In this document: one piece after another, positions 26,254 to 38,541 of the stretch
Numbering within the stretch: position 1 is the first letter of the stretch
How the letters are laid out: every line of letters begins with the position of its first letter
DNA from: Octopus sinensis
Taxonomy: Eukaryota
Length of the DNA stretch: 64,000 nt
NCBI RefSeq assembly: GCF_006345805.1
Contig: NC_043013.1
Location: 33,852,001 to 33,916,000, forward strand
Reading direction: 5' to 3'
Made by a program: the position numbers and the translations under genes
The notes under the pieces: model-generated
What the model was told of the DNA's origin: nothing
Databases searched by the model: none
The model's input: only the letters and a program-made list of their open reading frames with translations

Positions 26254-27099
26254 ATAATTATGTATGTATGTATGTATGTATGTATGTATATATGTATGTA
26301 TGTATGTATGTATATATATATGTATGTATGTATGTATATATATGTATGTATGTATGTAGTATGTATGTATGTATGTATGTATGTATATGTACATATAAAA
26401 GAAATAATACATAGAGTTTCTTACAATGCAAGGAAAGATTTAATGATGTATTAATTCCATGTATATACATTTCGGGTATGAATCACCCACCTACAGAGGA
26501 ATTCAGCCACGAATTATTACAAATTTTACATATACACATCAGTACACACACAAACACACACACACACATTGTACCTACTCTCTGTGTTCTATTACCTCCT
26601 TTCAAATTTTCTGTTTATATATACTCATTTCTACACACAATATGAAAGTAAACTTAATATATTTGCATTCATGCATGTATCAGTTTGATAATGGCAGCTA
26701 ATATATATATGTATATAATACATATATGTATGTATATATACATATATATATATACACATATGTGTGTGTACGTCGTATATGCATGTCTATAAGTTTGTAT
26801 GATTGTGTTTGCGTATATATGTTCTAATCTCAATCACATAGATCTATGAGAAGTAGAGAAAACAGTCAGAAATATGTGTGTATATGGAGAGGTCTATTGT
26901 CGCGCATGTATATAATAATCTACAGTATATATTGATTTGGAAATATATGATTTGTCGTATGTGTGTGTATGTATGTATGTATGTGTATGTTTGTGTATGA
27001 GCATGTGTTTTTATTCTCCTGTTTCTCCGCCTTTCGAACCTACATTTGCATGTATCAATAAATGGAGAACAATGATTACGGTGAAGAATTTGGTGACAG

Positions 27100-27548
27100 A
27101 GAGAATGGCGAAGAGGAAAGGAAAAAAGTAAAGACTAATGAAATGTGGAAGAATACAATTGTTTGGCATAAGGAGGACTGATAATGATGTTCTCTGATGA
27201 CGGCGATGATGGTGAAGAGGAGGAGGAAGTGGAAGATGAAGAACGAAATGAGGGAAGGGGTAAAAAAAAACATTGAGGTGTGAGAGGAGGGAAAGGAAGA
27301 TGAAGAGGGAGAGATGGGAAAATAAATATAATTCTGATTCTTATATTTATGCTGCCGTTGATAATATGGTGATGATAAACGATGACGACGACGTTGATGA
27401 TGATGATGATGATGATGAAGAGGAAAAGGATAATGATGATAATTTAGAGGAGGAAGGGAGAAATAGGAGTGGGAAGAGATGCATAATGTGGTACAGGGAA
27501 ATGGTGATTATGATGATTATATACCAATGATTATATGATGGAAATAAG

Positions 27549-27585
<37 letters not shown>

Positions 27586-27950
27586 CAATGTCGACGTCAA
27601 TGACGATGACGATCACACTGATATCAATGACTTTCAAACACAAATGATGATGAAAAAAAACTAGGATGTGGTCGATGGAGAAAACGATTATGAATGAGAA
27701 TTGTGGTTGATGATGTTGATAACATTGGTGATGATGATGACGATAGTAGCTATAAGAAGAAAAAGAAAGAGAGGAAGGGAAGACAAGGTTTAGTAGATAA
27801 AAATGCCGATGATAAAGAACAGCATCAGGAACAAGATGCGAAAATAGTGATAAAAGCCATCAACAGTAAGAGCAAGAACAAAAAATACGAAAAAAATTAT
27901 ACGAAGGGTTAATGAACTATGACAGAAGAAGCTGAGGTTAGTAGATAACA
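27100..27950 (+). repeat. Purine-rich low-complexity region with (GAT)n and (GAG)n runs
   Basis: Degenerate GAT/GAG/AAG repeats; yields poly-D/E pseudo-ORFs with frequent stops. Confidence 0.8.
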
Positions 27951-28271
27951 GACAAATGAACGAAAAAAGAAACCAGGAATTAATTCAATGAAATCAAAAT
28001 CTACTGAAAGAGTCTAACAGAAAATTAAAATGTTCAATCAACAATGAATAAAGCAAAGAATGAAAATTGAATAAGAATAAAGAACAAATCGAAAACAAAG
28101 TTGCTTGAATAAAATATTTGAATGATTCACTAAAAGAATGAGTAGAGAGAATGAAACACCATCGTTGCAAAAATTACAAGGCTAAAATATGGATCGCGCG
28201 ATCGAATGCTCAAATTAAATGACATCCATTCTATCGCACTTGCGAATCTATTCAAACTTTTTATTATTATA

Positions 28272-28657
28272 CTAGCAGTATCGCCCGGCGTTGCTCAGGT
28301 TTGCAAGGGAAATAACTATAAAGCATTTTTAGAGAGTTATAGCCAAAAAATAGCAAAAAAATGGGAAAAAAAATGATGGTAAATTTTTTTTGAGAGTTAA
28401 AAAAGGTCGAGTTGCGTCCCCTAGACAGTCTGTGGTTTGTGTTTCTGATTCTCGACCCCATGTCGAATTTATCGATTTTTTTCAGAACTGGGGGAACTTT
28501 TCAAAATTTCCGCTGCGTTAGTTTTGAATTATGACATTGGGCTATGTGTGTGTCAAGTTTCATCAGAATCAGTTGAAAGCAGTGGTCAGGGTGAGGGTAC
28601 AACCAAACAGACACACAGAAACACACACAGACAAACTGCCGTTTATATAGAGAGAGA
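28272..28657 (-). mobile_element. Non-autonomous Helitron (Lep1-like architecture)
   Basis: Minus strand begins TC after an A and ends CTAG before a T; GC-rich subterminal segment (TGAGCAACGCCGGGCG) just before CTAG; ACAG/AC microsatellite and aagtttcatcagaatc near the other end. Confidence 0.75.
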
Positions 28658-28662
28658 TATAT

Positions 28663-28955
28663 ATCACTGTGATCATCGTGACCGACCAGGCTATCAGATG
28701 TTGCCACACATCGCTGGCCACAATGCGCTTCGCATTGTTTTAGCCTTCAAATGTCGCCACCCCGCTGGCTAAGCGAGCAGGCCAACAGAAGAAAGAGTGA
28801 AAGTTGTGGCGAAAGAGTACAGCAGGGATCACCACCACCACCCTGCCGGAGCCTCGTGGAACTTTAGGTGTTTTCGCTCAATAAACACTCACAACGCCCG
28901 CTCTGGGAATCGAAACCGCGATCCTACGACCGGGAGTCCGCTGGGTCATTGCACC
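28663..28955 (-). mobile_element. SINE family C, tail type ii (..TGGCCTGCTCGCTTAGCCAGCGGGGTGGCG..GGTCACGATGATCACAGTGAT)
   Basis: Same head and body as 3431 but a different 3' half; same tail at 46138-46255. Confidence 0.8.
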
Positions 28956-28957
28956 TC

Positions 28958-29047
<90 letters not shown>

Positions 29048-29124
29048 ATAATGGATAATAAAACGAATGGTTTACAGCTGGTCGCTTACTGGTAAAGAAC
29101 GGTCGCTTTCAGAGTGATCGCTAT

Positions 29125-29432
29125 GTATATGGCAAATGAAAGACGGAAGATTGAATATATGAGAATTCATTATTAATCATAATCATGACACTTGTTTCGG
29201 CACATCTAGCATCAATCCCTCTTGGGTAGGGCACTCAACGACTGGTTCAGGAGCATCCTATGGTGCAGATGTTTCTCGTCGGGTGATAAATGAATACAAC
29301 TCGTTAAAATTACTGTTCCGCAATGCAACTTTCCGTTTTGTAGAGGAACCGATGCTAGATATGTCGAAACAATTGTCGTGATTAATAATAAATTCTCGTA
29401 TATTCTATCTCTGTCTTTCATTTGCCATATAT
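29125..29432. mobile_element. Inverted pair of ~85-bp arms, Penelope-type or MITE
   Basis: tatatggcaaatgaaagac..ctagcatc at 29125-29212 recurs inverted at ~29349-29432; each arm carries GAAAC-AAKT-GTC. Confidence 0.65.
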
Positions 29433-29460
29433 ATAAATCTCTATATATATATACACACAT

Positions 29461-29526
<66 letters not shown>

Positions 29527-29538
29527 ATATATATATAT

Positions 29539-29757
29539 AAACAATTGCAGCGTGGAAGGTGTTTATAAGCCATTTAAGAAACACACAAAAACCGTTAGAT
29601 TCACCTCAAAATTTAAATTTAAATGTTAAAATGTTGAAGTGAGTCTAACGGTTTTTGTGTGTTTCTTAAATGGCTTATAAACACCTTCTACGTTGCAATT
29701 GTTTTCGTTCCAGCACACGATCTGAGATCAGTTCACTTGCTATGCAAGTACATCTCC
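29539..29757. mobile_element. Fold-back repeat with 66-bp arms (3 mismatches), 34-bp spacer and one-sided extension
   Basis: 29539-29604 versus 29639-29704; the extension gcacacgatctgagatc..gtacatctcc is shared with 21255-21310 and 53200-53250. Confidence 0.85.
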
Positions 29758-29852
29758 GTAACACACACATATATATATATATATAAACTTACTTGGAAAT
29801 GGATGCGTCGTGTTCAATTAAATAATAAATAATATAATAATATATATAATAT

Positions 29853-29896
<44 letters not shown>

Positions 29897-29902
29897 TATT
29901 TT

Positions 29903-30283
29903 GGTACAGGACTTCACCAACGGTACAAAGTACGTAAACAAACGTGGGGGAAAAAGAGTAAAATATGTAAAAGGGTGGTTTTCCTCTCATTCTGGTCTAA
30001 CGAACCTCCTTCTTTGTTTTCGTTCGGTTTCCCTGTATGTCTCCACTGTAATTTTTTTGTTCCCAACTTTGACCCTCCATAAATCCTAAATTTTATTTTA
30101 GAATTTATGTGAGCAACTGTCTTTGAAAACTCATATTGTCGTTGAATGCTCAGAATGAGGAGTAGATAGACAGCTGATAAATGATGAAGGGTCCTTTCTC
30201 TGTGTTTACTTGTCCTGTTTACCATTTCTTTCTCGTTGTTTACGTATTTCATGTTATTTGCACCATTGGTGACGTCTTGTACC
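29903..30283. mobile_element. Element with ~50-bp diverged inverted ends, probably Penelope-like fragments
   Basis: ggtacaggacttcaccaacggtacaaa versus the reverse complement of tttgcaccattggtgacgtcttgtacc. Confidence 0.5.
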
Positions 30284-30329
30284 CATATATGTGTGTGTAT
30301 ATATATATGTCTCAAAGTGATCATAGAGC

Positions 30330-30438
30330 AATGCGAAATGAAGTGTTTTGCTCAAGAACACAACTTACTACCCGGTATAGGAATTGAAACCAATATCTCG
30401 CGATCGTGAGTGCAACATCTACCACCACGCCATGAGCC
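30330..30438 (-). mobile_element. SINE family D head fragment
   Basis: Minus strand GGCTCATGGCGTGGTGG..GTTTCAATTCC..GTGTTCTTGAGCAAAACACTTCATTTC resembles the head at 40584. Confidence 0.6.
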
Positions 30439-30462
30439 CATATATATATATATATATATATA

Positions 30463-30945
30463 TATGGTCACCCCACAGTATAAAATTAACAGCGGACCTT
30501 GAAGTAATCCAGCGAAGCCTCAAAAAGAAGATCGTCTCATTGCAACAGCTCAGCAACAGGGAAGGCTGAAACAACTAAGACTCTACTCCTTGCAGCGGTG
30601 AAGGCGAGAGAGATATGCAGTAATATACATCTTGCAGATCCTGGAAGGGATTGTGTCAAATTTTAGCATTGAAATCTACACAAATGTCAGAACGGGTCAC
30701 TACTACATATTGCAAAATAACCCAACAATACCGTCGCGCTTCAGGACCCGTTACTGCAACGGCCTGGGTTTCAAGAGCCCCCAGCTTTTTAATATCTTCC
30801 CAAAGAGCCTACACGAAGTGGATGTAGGTGTTTTCAAAACAAAACCGGACCTCTTTCTGTTGAGAGTCCCAGATGAACCTACCTCATGGCAGGAGACCCA
30901 AATAAGGGTAGCGGCATGAAACTCGCTTATTCACCAAATGCCGAA
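30463..30945 (+). pseudogene. 3' end of a CR1/L2-group LINE ORF2, decayed
   Basis: WSPHS..LEVIQRS..RLKQLRLYSLQR*RRERYAVIYI..ILEGIV..GPQLFN-like..FKTKPDLFLLRVPDEP: the typical post-RT tail of this LINE group, with stops and frameshifts. Confidence 0.8.
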
Positions 30946-31189
30946 TCTCAGACCGGGCGATGTGTGTGTTTATGAGAGAAACACCTAAATTCCACGCGGC
31001 TCCGGCAGAAGGTGATGGTGAACTTTCGTTGACTCTTTTGCCACAACATTCTCTCACTCTTTTCTCCTTCATCTAGCAGCTCACCTGCGACGGACAGGTT
31101 TCCCGTCCAGGTTGGGGAACCCATACACCAATGATACCGGGAAACCGGTCTTTATGAGCCAGGCATTGCTCGAGAAGGAACAAACAACA
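30946..31189 (+). mobile_element. 5'-truncated SINE family C, tail type iii (AGCAGCTCACCTGCGACGG..GAGAAGGAACAAACAAC)
   Basis: Body matches 3431 up to ttctctcactctttt, then switches to a third tail. Confidence 0.7.
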
Positions 31190-32255
31190 GATAGGTATAT
31201 TAAACTATCCAGACAGATATCAGCTTTAAGCTAATTTGGTTTACTATATCCAAGAATCGGATACCAATAAATCCAAGTAGAGAACACAGCCATGTACGAC
31301 AAGAACATCGAAATATCATTACGAAGAACTTTAGAAGAAATTCAGTGTATTAGATGACAAAAATACATACGGAGAAAATCACATCTTTAATTGTAGAATT
31401 CACCTTACAATGCCGACAATTGTTTCTATTGTGCTAGCATATCTCGATATAGAAAATATCATTGCTGTTAATATTTCCAAAAACACATGTTAACACAATA
31501 TTTAAGGAAATCCAAATTAGTTAAATGTAAATATAGAAAGTTAGCTTTTTAGATCATCAGAACATCATAGGTGCACCAACGGTTCAACCACGATATTCTG
31601 GTGGTCTGAGGAGCTAGTATTCTTTATTTGCCTTCCCAATTTTATACATGGACAATTCAACAAAGAGCAAAGATTGTATTCAATTAACTAAAGCACCCGT
31701 GCGTATTTCGATATGAAAGCACCACAGGAAGTAAATGCTTTTCATGTGTATGTAAAGGGAGAGACAGACACAAATCTGGAGACACTGTTGATTATGTTAC
31801 TTGCCCATTACTTCATAGCAGAGTGACAAAGTTTTCCAACAGTTTGATGTAACAAAATGTCACAAGATTATTCCAGCCGCAATACAAAAACGAAATATGC
31901 AGCCACCGTAATACTACGAACAGGCGCAGGTCATATGCTGTTTTACATACATATACATACACACACACCCACACACAGCTACGTGCACACATATATATTC
32001 ATGTACCCGCACTTGAATTTTGATATACCTCTACGCTGCCTTTACAGCTGATATATACATATATATACACACAAGTACACAATATCCATATATATATATG
32101 GATTTGATTTGAAAACCCCACTGGAATGGGAGAAAGCGCTAATAATCCGAATGATATGATCTGAATGATATGATATATATATATATGTAAAAAATGTAAT
32201 ATATAAATAGATATCTATAAATATGAACCATCCGATCTTCTGATTACCTCATTTC

Positions 32256-32313
<58 letters not shown>

Positions 32314-32369
32314 CACAAACACATAAATATACATATATACACCCATGCACAAACACACATGTATATATT

Positions 32370-32560
32370 CTTTTACCCTTTTATTGTTTCAGTCATCTGA
32401 CTACGGCCATGTGGGAGCACCGCATTTAGTTGAACAAATCGACCCCAAGAATTATTTTATGTAAGCCTAGTACTTATTCGATCGGTCTCTTATGCCGAAA
32501 CGGTAAGTTACGGGGACGTAAACACGCAAACATCGATTGTCAAACAAACACACACAACAT
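32370..32560 (-). mobile_element. SINE family A, 3' half
   Basis: Tail and distal body only. Confidence 0.8.
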
Positions 32561-32681
32561 ATATATACATACATATCTATACATCTGTTTATTTAAAGAG
32601 ATACAGGCATATGGTGAACGTTTCATTGATGGAACATATGCATACATGCAAGTATATATATATGTATGTATGTATAGATAG

Positions 32682-32742
<61 letters not shown>

Positions 32743-32744
<2 letters not shown>

Positions 32745-33045
32745 TGACTATTGCAAATATCTTTGTGTTTATATCGATTGATCAATATATCAATTGCTTT
32801 CTCTCTTTCTCTTTATTTCTACGCACACATCTATGTATTGATGCGTTTTTGTATAAACATATCTCAACTTGTGAAAGAATCGTTTTTGTTCATAATAATT
32901 TTAACTTTGCTTTAGAATAATATAGGGCTTATAACTATAGCTTCATGAACCTTACTGGAAAAACAGTTTTACAGTTCCCTTGAACCTTTCTAGTTTATGT
33001 ATAGTCTGCTACATAAAAGTGTTCAGAATAATGCTGAGCATTAAA
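32743..33045 (+). repeat. ~300-bp segment duplicated at 35301-35615
   Basis: tatgactattgcaaatatc...gttcagaataatg present twice in direct orientation, about 90% identical, with one ~13-bp indel. Confidence 0.9.
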
Positions 33046-33130
33046 TTTTAATTTTCGTCAGCCACATTTTTGTGGAACCGACTTCATTTTCTCCATTGCT
33101 GCTAGAAATAACAACAATTTTTTCTAGAAT

Positions 33131-33183
<53 letters not shown>

Positions 33184-33271
33184 GTGTGAATGTGTGTGTG
33201 TGTATGTGTGTATATATGTGTGTGTGTGTATATATATGTATATATATATATATATATATAGTGTACTATAT

Positions 33272-33378
33272 AGGATGAAAGGCAAAGTCGACCTCGGCGG
33301 GAATTTGAACTCAGAACGTAAAGACGGACGAAATGCCGCTAAGCATTTTGTCCGGCGCGGTAATGATACTGCCAGTTC
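33272..33378 (-). mobile_element. SINE family B, 5' fragment
   Basis: ggcaaagtcgacctcggcgggaatttgaactcagaacg. Confidence 0.8.
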
Positions 33379-35300
33379 TGTAATGTTAAATACATACATA
33401 AAGGAAAAAAGGAATAAATGAGTCATTATTGTACGAATGAGAAATCTGTTTCATTAATTTTTTTGAAGTAATAAATTATTTTCTTTTAGAATTAGTGTTC
33501 CTTTCAACATTTTGTATAAGCTCCAAGATGTCTGATAAAAGTTACGTTATATTTATTCTATGTTCACCATATTTCCTGTTATTATCAATTTTGGCAAACG
33601 TATACTTCTAATGTTACCTGAAATATGACGGCTAACATTTTAACATGTACGTATATACATATCCGCGCACGTTCGCACACACACACACACACACACAACA
33701 CACACACACACAAACACACACGCACACACACGTATCCGTATGTATATATGACTGTATGACTGTATATAATTGGATTGCGATTTGTTATATCGAATCTTAT
33801 CTGTAAGTCAAGAACGAAATATGCAACATGAAAGAATGTATTCTGCAAAGATGAAAGTCAATGTGAAATAGTCTGAAGTTCTCACTGGAAAGCTGACGTT
33901 ATTAAAATTCCTCATTTGAAATCATACGTTCAAAAAGTTGCTACCCAGTCTGAAATGTGAGGGAAGATATAAAGTAATTTAATCTTTTATTCTTTGTGCG
34001 TTCCACTTGTTTATGGATGCGCGTGTTACATAATGTCGAGTTTACGAAACCCTAGGTCACTAATTAATATATATATATACATACATATATATGTATGTAT
34101 GTGTATGTGTGCATGTGTGCTTGTGTGTATGCATGTAAGTATGCTTCAATATCACAGCAAACACATAATGCAATCTACCGTATGTACGCCAATGCAGTTT
34201 GTTGACTTGCCAGGTTTTTGTTGCTTTTTTATGTTTTAGTGTTATCTTCATTTCTTTGTTGTTTGTTTTTTTTTTCGTTTTTCTTCTTGTTTGTCGTATA
34301 AATATATGATATGGCCAAAACTACATTTTAGCAAAATCATACTAACTATAAATGCTGATACATGACAAGCAAATCTTCAATAAAAATTAACTAACATTTA
34401 CCATTTAACTTTGGTATTGATAGAAGAACATGGCGCAACTATATTTTGGTCACATGATTACTACAGGGTTCCTCAGAATTTAATGTACTGACAGCCATTT
34501 TATCAGTGCATCAAACGCAGGCGCTTGTTTTATCTTAAAGACCATTAAGAATACTCAAGAGACATTATTACCAGTTTCCATGTACTGCTTATTATTATTA
34601 TTGTTATTATCATTATTATTATTATTTTCGGTGTTTTCGTTATTATTATTGCTATTGTTGGTGTTTTGTTGTTATGTATTATTGTAATTTTTGTAGTGTT
34701 GTTTTAATATTATTATTAATTATGTATATATAGTTTTCTCCTGTCTGGGGAAAGAGAGAAATTGTGCATATGAGTGTGAGATGTATGTGTGTGCGTGTAT
34801 GTGTGACTGTCTGTCTGTCCGTGTTTGTGTGTACATATGTATCTTTATGTGCCTCTATAAATAATCACCGCTTAGTTTTTTTTATTCCACACCACGCACT
34901 CCGATGCAGTTGCGTATAAATGTATGCCGTGTATGTATAACAACATATATACACCACACATATGTATGTATATACAGACATGTAAATATATATGTATATA
35001 TATATATATGCATATGTATATATACATATGTATACATATATATACATAGACATTTGCATATGTGTATACGTATAAATATATTCCTATGCATACACACACA
35101 TATATATATTTACATATAAAAATATGCATATATGTATGTACGTATGTACATATATAAATATGCATCTACACACACACACACATACACACACAAATACATA
35201 TATGAATGGAGTAGATGATTCGTAGACAGTCTCTAACAACTGAATTGTCTAGTTCCATTGAACTCTGAAGTATGAGAGTCCAAAATTTAGGCAAATTGAT

Positions 35301-35615
35301 TATGACTATTGCAAATATCTTTGTGTTTATATCGATTGATCAATATATCAATCGCATTCTCTCTTTCTCTGTATTTCAACGCACACATCTATGTATTGAT
35401 GCATTTTTGTATAAACATATCTCAACTTGTAAAAGAATCGTTTTTGTTCATAACAATTTTAACTTTGCTTTAGAATAATATAGGGCTTATAGCTACCATA
35501 TTTTCAGATAGCTTCATGAACCTTACTGGAAAAACAGTTTTACGGTTCCTTTGACCCTTTCTTGTTTATGTATAGTCTGCTACATAAAGTATTCAGAATA
35601 ATGATGAACACTAAA
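35301..35615 (+). repeat. Second copy of the 32743-33045 segment
   Basis: Direct comparison with the first copy. Confidence 0.9.
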
Positions 35616-35684
35616 TATATAGACATACATATATTTGCATATTTATTACATCTATACACACACACACGTATATATATAAACATA

Positions 35685-37191
35685 TTAAGTCTTCAAGTAT
35701 GAAATTTGTTGTAAGGTATATGATAAACTTTGACAGCTGCTCATTTTGTGCCATTATTATATTTTGACAATCTTTACTTTTTGTGAGAACGCTGACACAG
35801 GATTTCTTTATTCCAACTCCTTTTGCGCTTTTTAGTAATAAATATATCTTTTCTTTTATTATACTGATAATATCTACTAATTACTAAAATGTTACTAAAA
35901 TTTCGTTCCATTTATTAGAAAATCTACTCATCAATTTATCTCAATTTAATTATAATTATCTACCGTAATATTTTAAAACTTTGTGCTTATAACGTTACGT
36001 CGAAAACTTAGTATTTAACAAAGACTTTCTTTCACCTGAAGAAGTAGCTGAAATTCTGAAGGATTATTTTGAAGAATTTTTTACAGCTTGCCATTTTTAT
36101 AAATCGTGTTTTGCTGTTTTTGGTTAGAGATGGATAAGTCGGAAATTCTTACAGTTCTGAAATGTGAGTTCTTTCTTGGAAATGCAGCATCACAGACAAC
36201 TCGGAATATTAATAGAGCATTTCATTCTAATATTATTGGTTTGCAAAATTTCGTCCTGGTAACTTTGACCACACAAATAAGTAACGCGGTCGACAAAGGC
36301 GGATAATGACGAACTGAAATCCACCGTCGAGTCAGATTCATCACAATGTGCCCGTAAATTATTGTTGTTGTTTTGGTGTTAGCAAGCAAACAATATTGAC
36401 TCACCTAGTTCGAATCGGTAAAGTGAAAAAGTTTGGTAAGTGGGTTTCACATGAACTCAATGAAAATCAGAAACAGCAACGTTTGGAAGCCTGCACTATG
36501 CTCCTCACCAAAATGAATAATTTTTTAATTGAATTGTAACATGTGATGAGAAATGGATCGAATACAACAACCGTAAGCGATCAGTACAATGACTGGACAA
36601 AAATGAACCACCAAAACACAGTCCAAAATGCAAAATTCATCAAACGAAACTGATTGTGTGTGTTTAATGGTCTGGCACAGGTGGGATTCATTATGATTTC
36701 ATTAAACCTGGCTCATCAATCACAGCTGAAGTATACTGCAGCCAACTGGACCAAATAATGCCGAAACTTGCAAAAGAAAAAAACAACAGCCTAGATTAGT
36801 CAACAGATCCACTCCTATTTTATTGCAAGACAACGTCAGACCACACATCGCAAAAATAACATTGGTGAAACTACAGGAGTTGGAGTTGGAAGTTCTCCAT
36901 CATGCGCCATATTCACCTGATCTTGCCCCCACTGACTACCACCTCTTCCAGAATTTGGATAAATTTTTTATAGGAAAAAATTTAATTCCGACGATGCTGT
37001 AAAACAGGCCTTCCAAGATTTTATTGACTCTAGATTGCCAGGCATTTACAGTTCGGGGCGGGACAATCTACCCCGAAATGGCAAAAGTGCATTGACAATA
37101 AGGGTGCATACTTTGATGAATAAAATTATTCTTTGTATTTATGAAACATTAGTAGCAAACTTTTCTACAAATTTCATACTTGACGACCTAA
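35685..37191 (+). mobile_element. Mariner element (cecropia/Hsmar1-like), both ITRs, DD34D transposase pseudogene ~36130-37123
   Basis: 25-bp ITRs TTA(A/G)GTC(T/G)TCAAGTATGAAATTTGT with 2 mismatches, TA at left and TG at right. Motifs MDKSEI, KWVSHELNE, IVTCDEKWI, LLQDNVRPH-(34)-YSPDLAPTDYHLF, KWQKCIDNKGAYFDE*; several stops and frameshifts. Confidence 0.93.
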
Positions 37192-37199
37192 TGTGTGTG

Positions 37200-37231
<32 letters not shown>

Positions 37232-38320
37232 CGTATGTGTGTGTAAGTATGAAATGGGGCTGCTGTACCAAATGACAAAAACAAAAATAATCATAATGAA
37301 CTGAAATTTCCCCTTAGAAAAAATAAAACTTACGGCCTGTCGTTAGAGATTCACAAGAATTTCGGAGATTCTTGTGAATCTCTAGATTAAAACAAAGGAA
37401 AGAAAAGAGAAAATTTCACGACACAATGAATAAAAAACAACGAGGTTTTCTATCTCCAACGAAGAGAGAAATATTTTTCAAATTATTTGGAATTGTTTTC
37501 CCACATCGTTCATAATGTCAAAATTTATTGTATTTAAATAAATCTATGCCACCGGATTAAGTAACATATATATGCATACATTCATGGATGCATATAAATA
37601 TACATACACTAATATATATATCCACATTTTTTTTAAATATATATATGTGTGTGTGTGTAGGAGAGAGTGAGAGAGGGACAGAGTGAGAGAGAGTGTTTAG
37701 AGGAATATATTATTCAGTGGATAACGTGGTGGTTCTCAGTTAAGTTCCAGATTACGGTTAACCGCATCGATTAGTATTTAACATCTATGACTACTTGAGG
37801 TTGTCACTCACGATGTAAATTCCTCTGATGGATAATTCCGTGTTCGCTTCACTGGATGGTAATATTATCTGGAGTGTATACTTGCAATTATTATAAAGAT
37901 AAAGAATATGAAGACTGGTACATAAATTTTGAGGATATACCAATCACCATATTCTCTACAGATATAATTATTGCATATATATATATATGTATGTATGAAG
38001 GGAAAAAGGCGAGTGCAGGAACGGGATGGTAGTTATATATTGTTTACAGACACTCACACAAACACACATGCATGTATGTATATATGAATGTTTGTACATA
38101 TCTATACAGTTAATCATTCCATGGGAAGCTGTGGATGTTAATTGATTGAAACCATCTCTCAATCAAAGAAAACAATAAACAACGAAACGAACCAAAACAA
38201 ATAAGAAAAACAAAACCCCCTTTGTCAGCTGCAACATCAATATCAATTATATTATCTACATAACAGAGGGACAATGCCCCTCCCACGCTACACTTAAATA
38301 CACTCATTATCTACACAAAC

Positions 38321-38461
38321 CCTTTCTGTATCCCATACAACACCTACTCTTTTTGCTATTAAAATTCCTTCTAAATTTTTCATTAGCAATTGCTTCTGTA
38401 GATCCACTACTTATGTCTGTTTTGTTAGGGTTGATTCTGCTGTTGCAGACTGGTGTTACAA

Positions 38462-38541
<80 letters not shown>

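Noticed and set aside
27273-27912. Acidic poly-D/E ORFs
   Set aside because: Low-complexity GAT/GAG repeats with frequent stops and no splice support.
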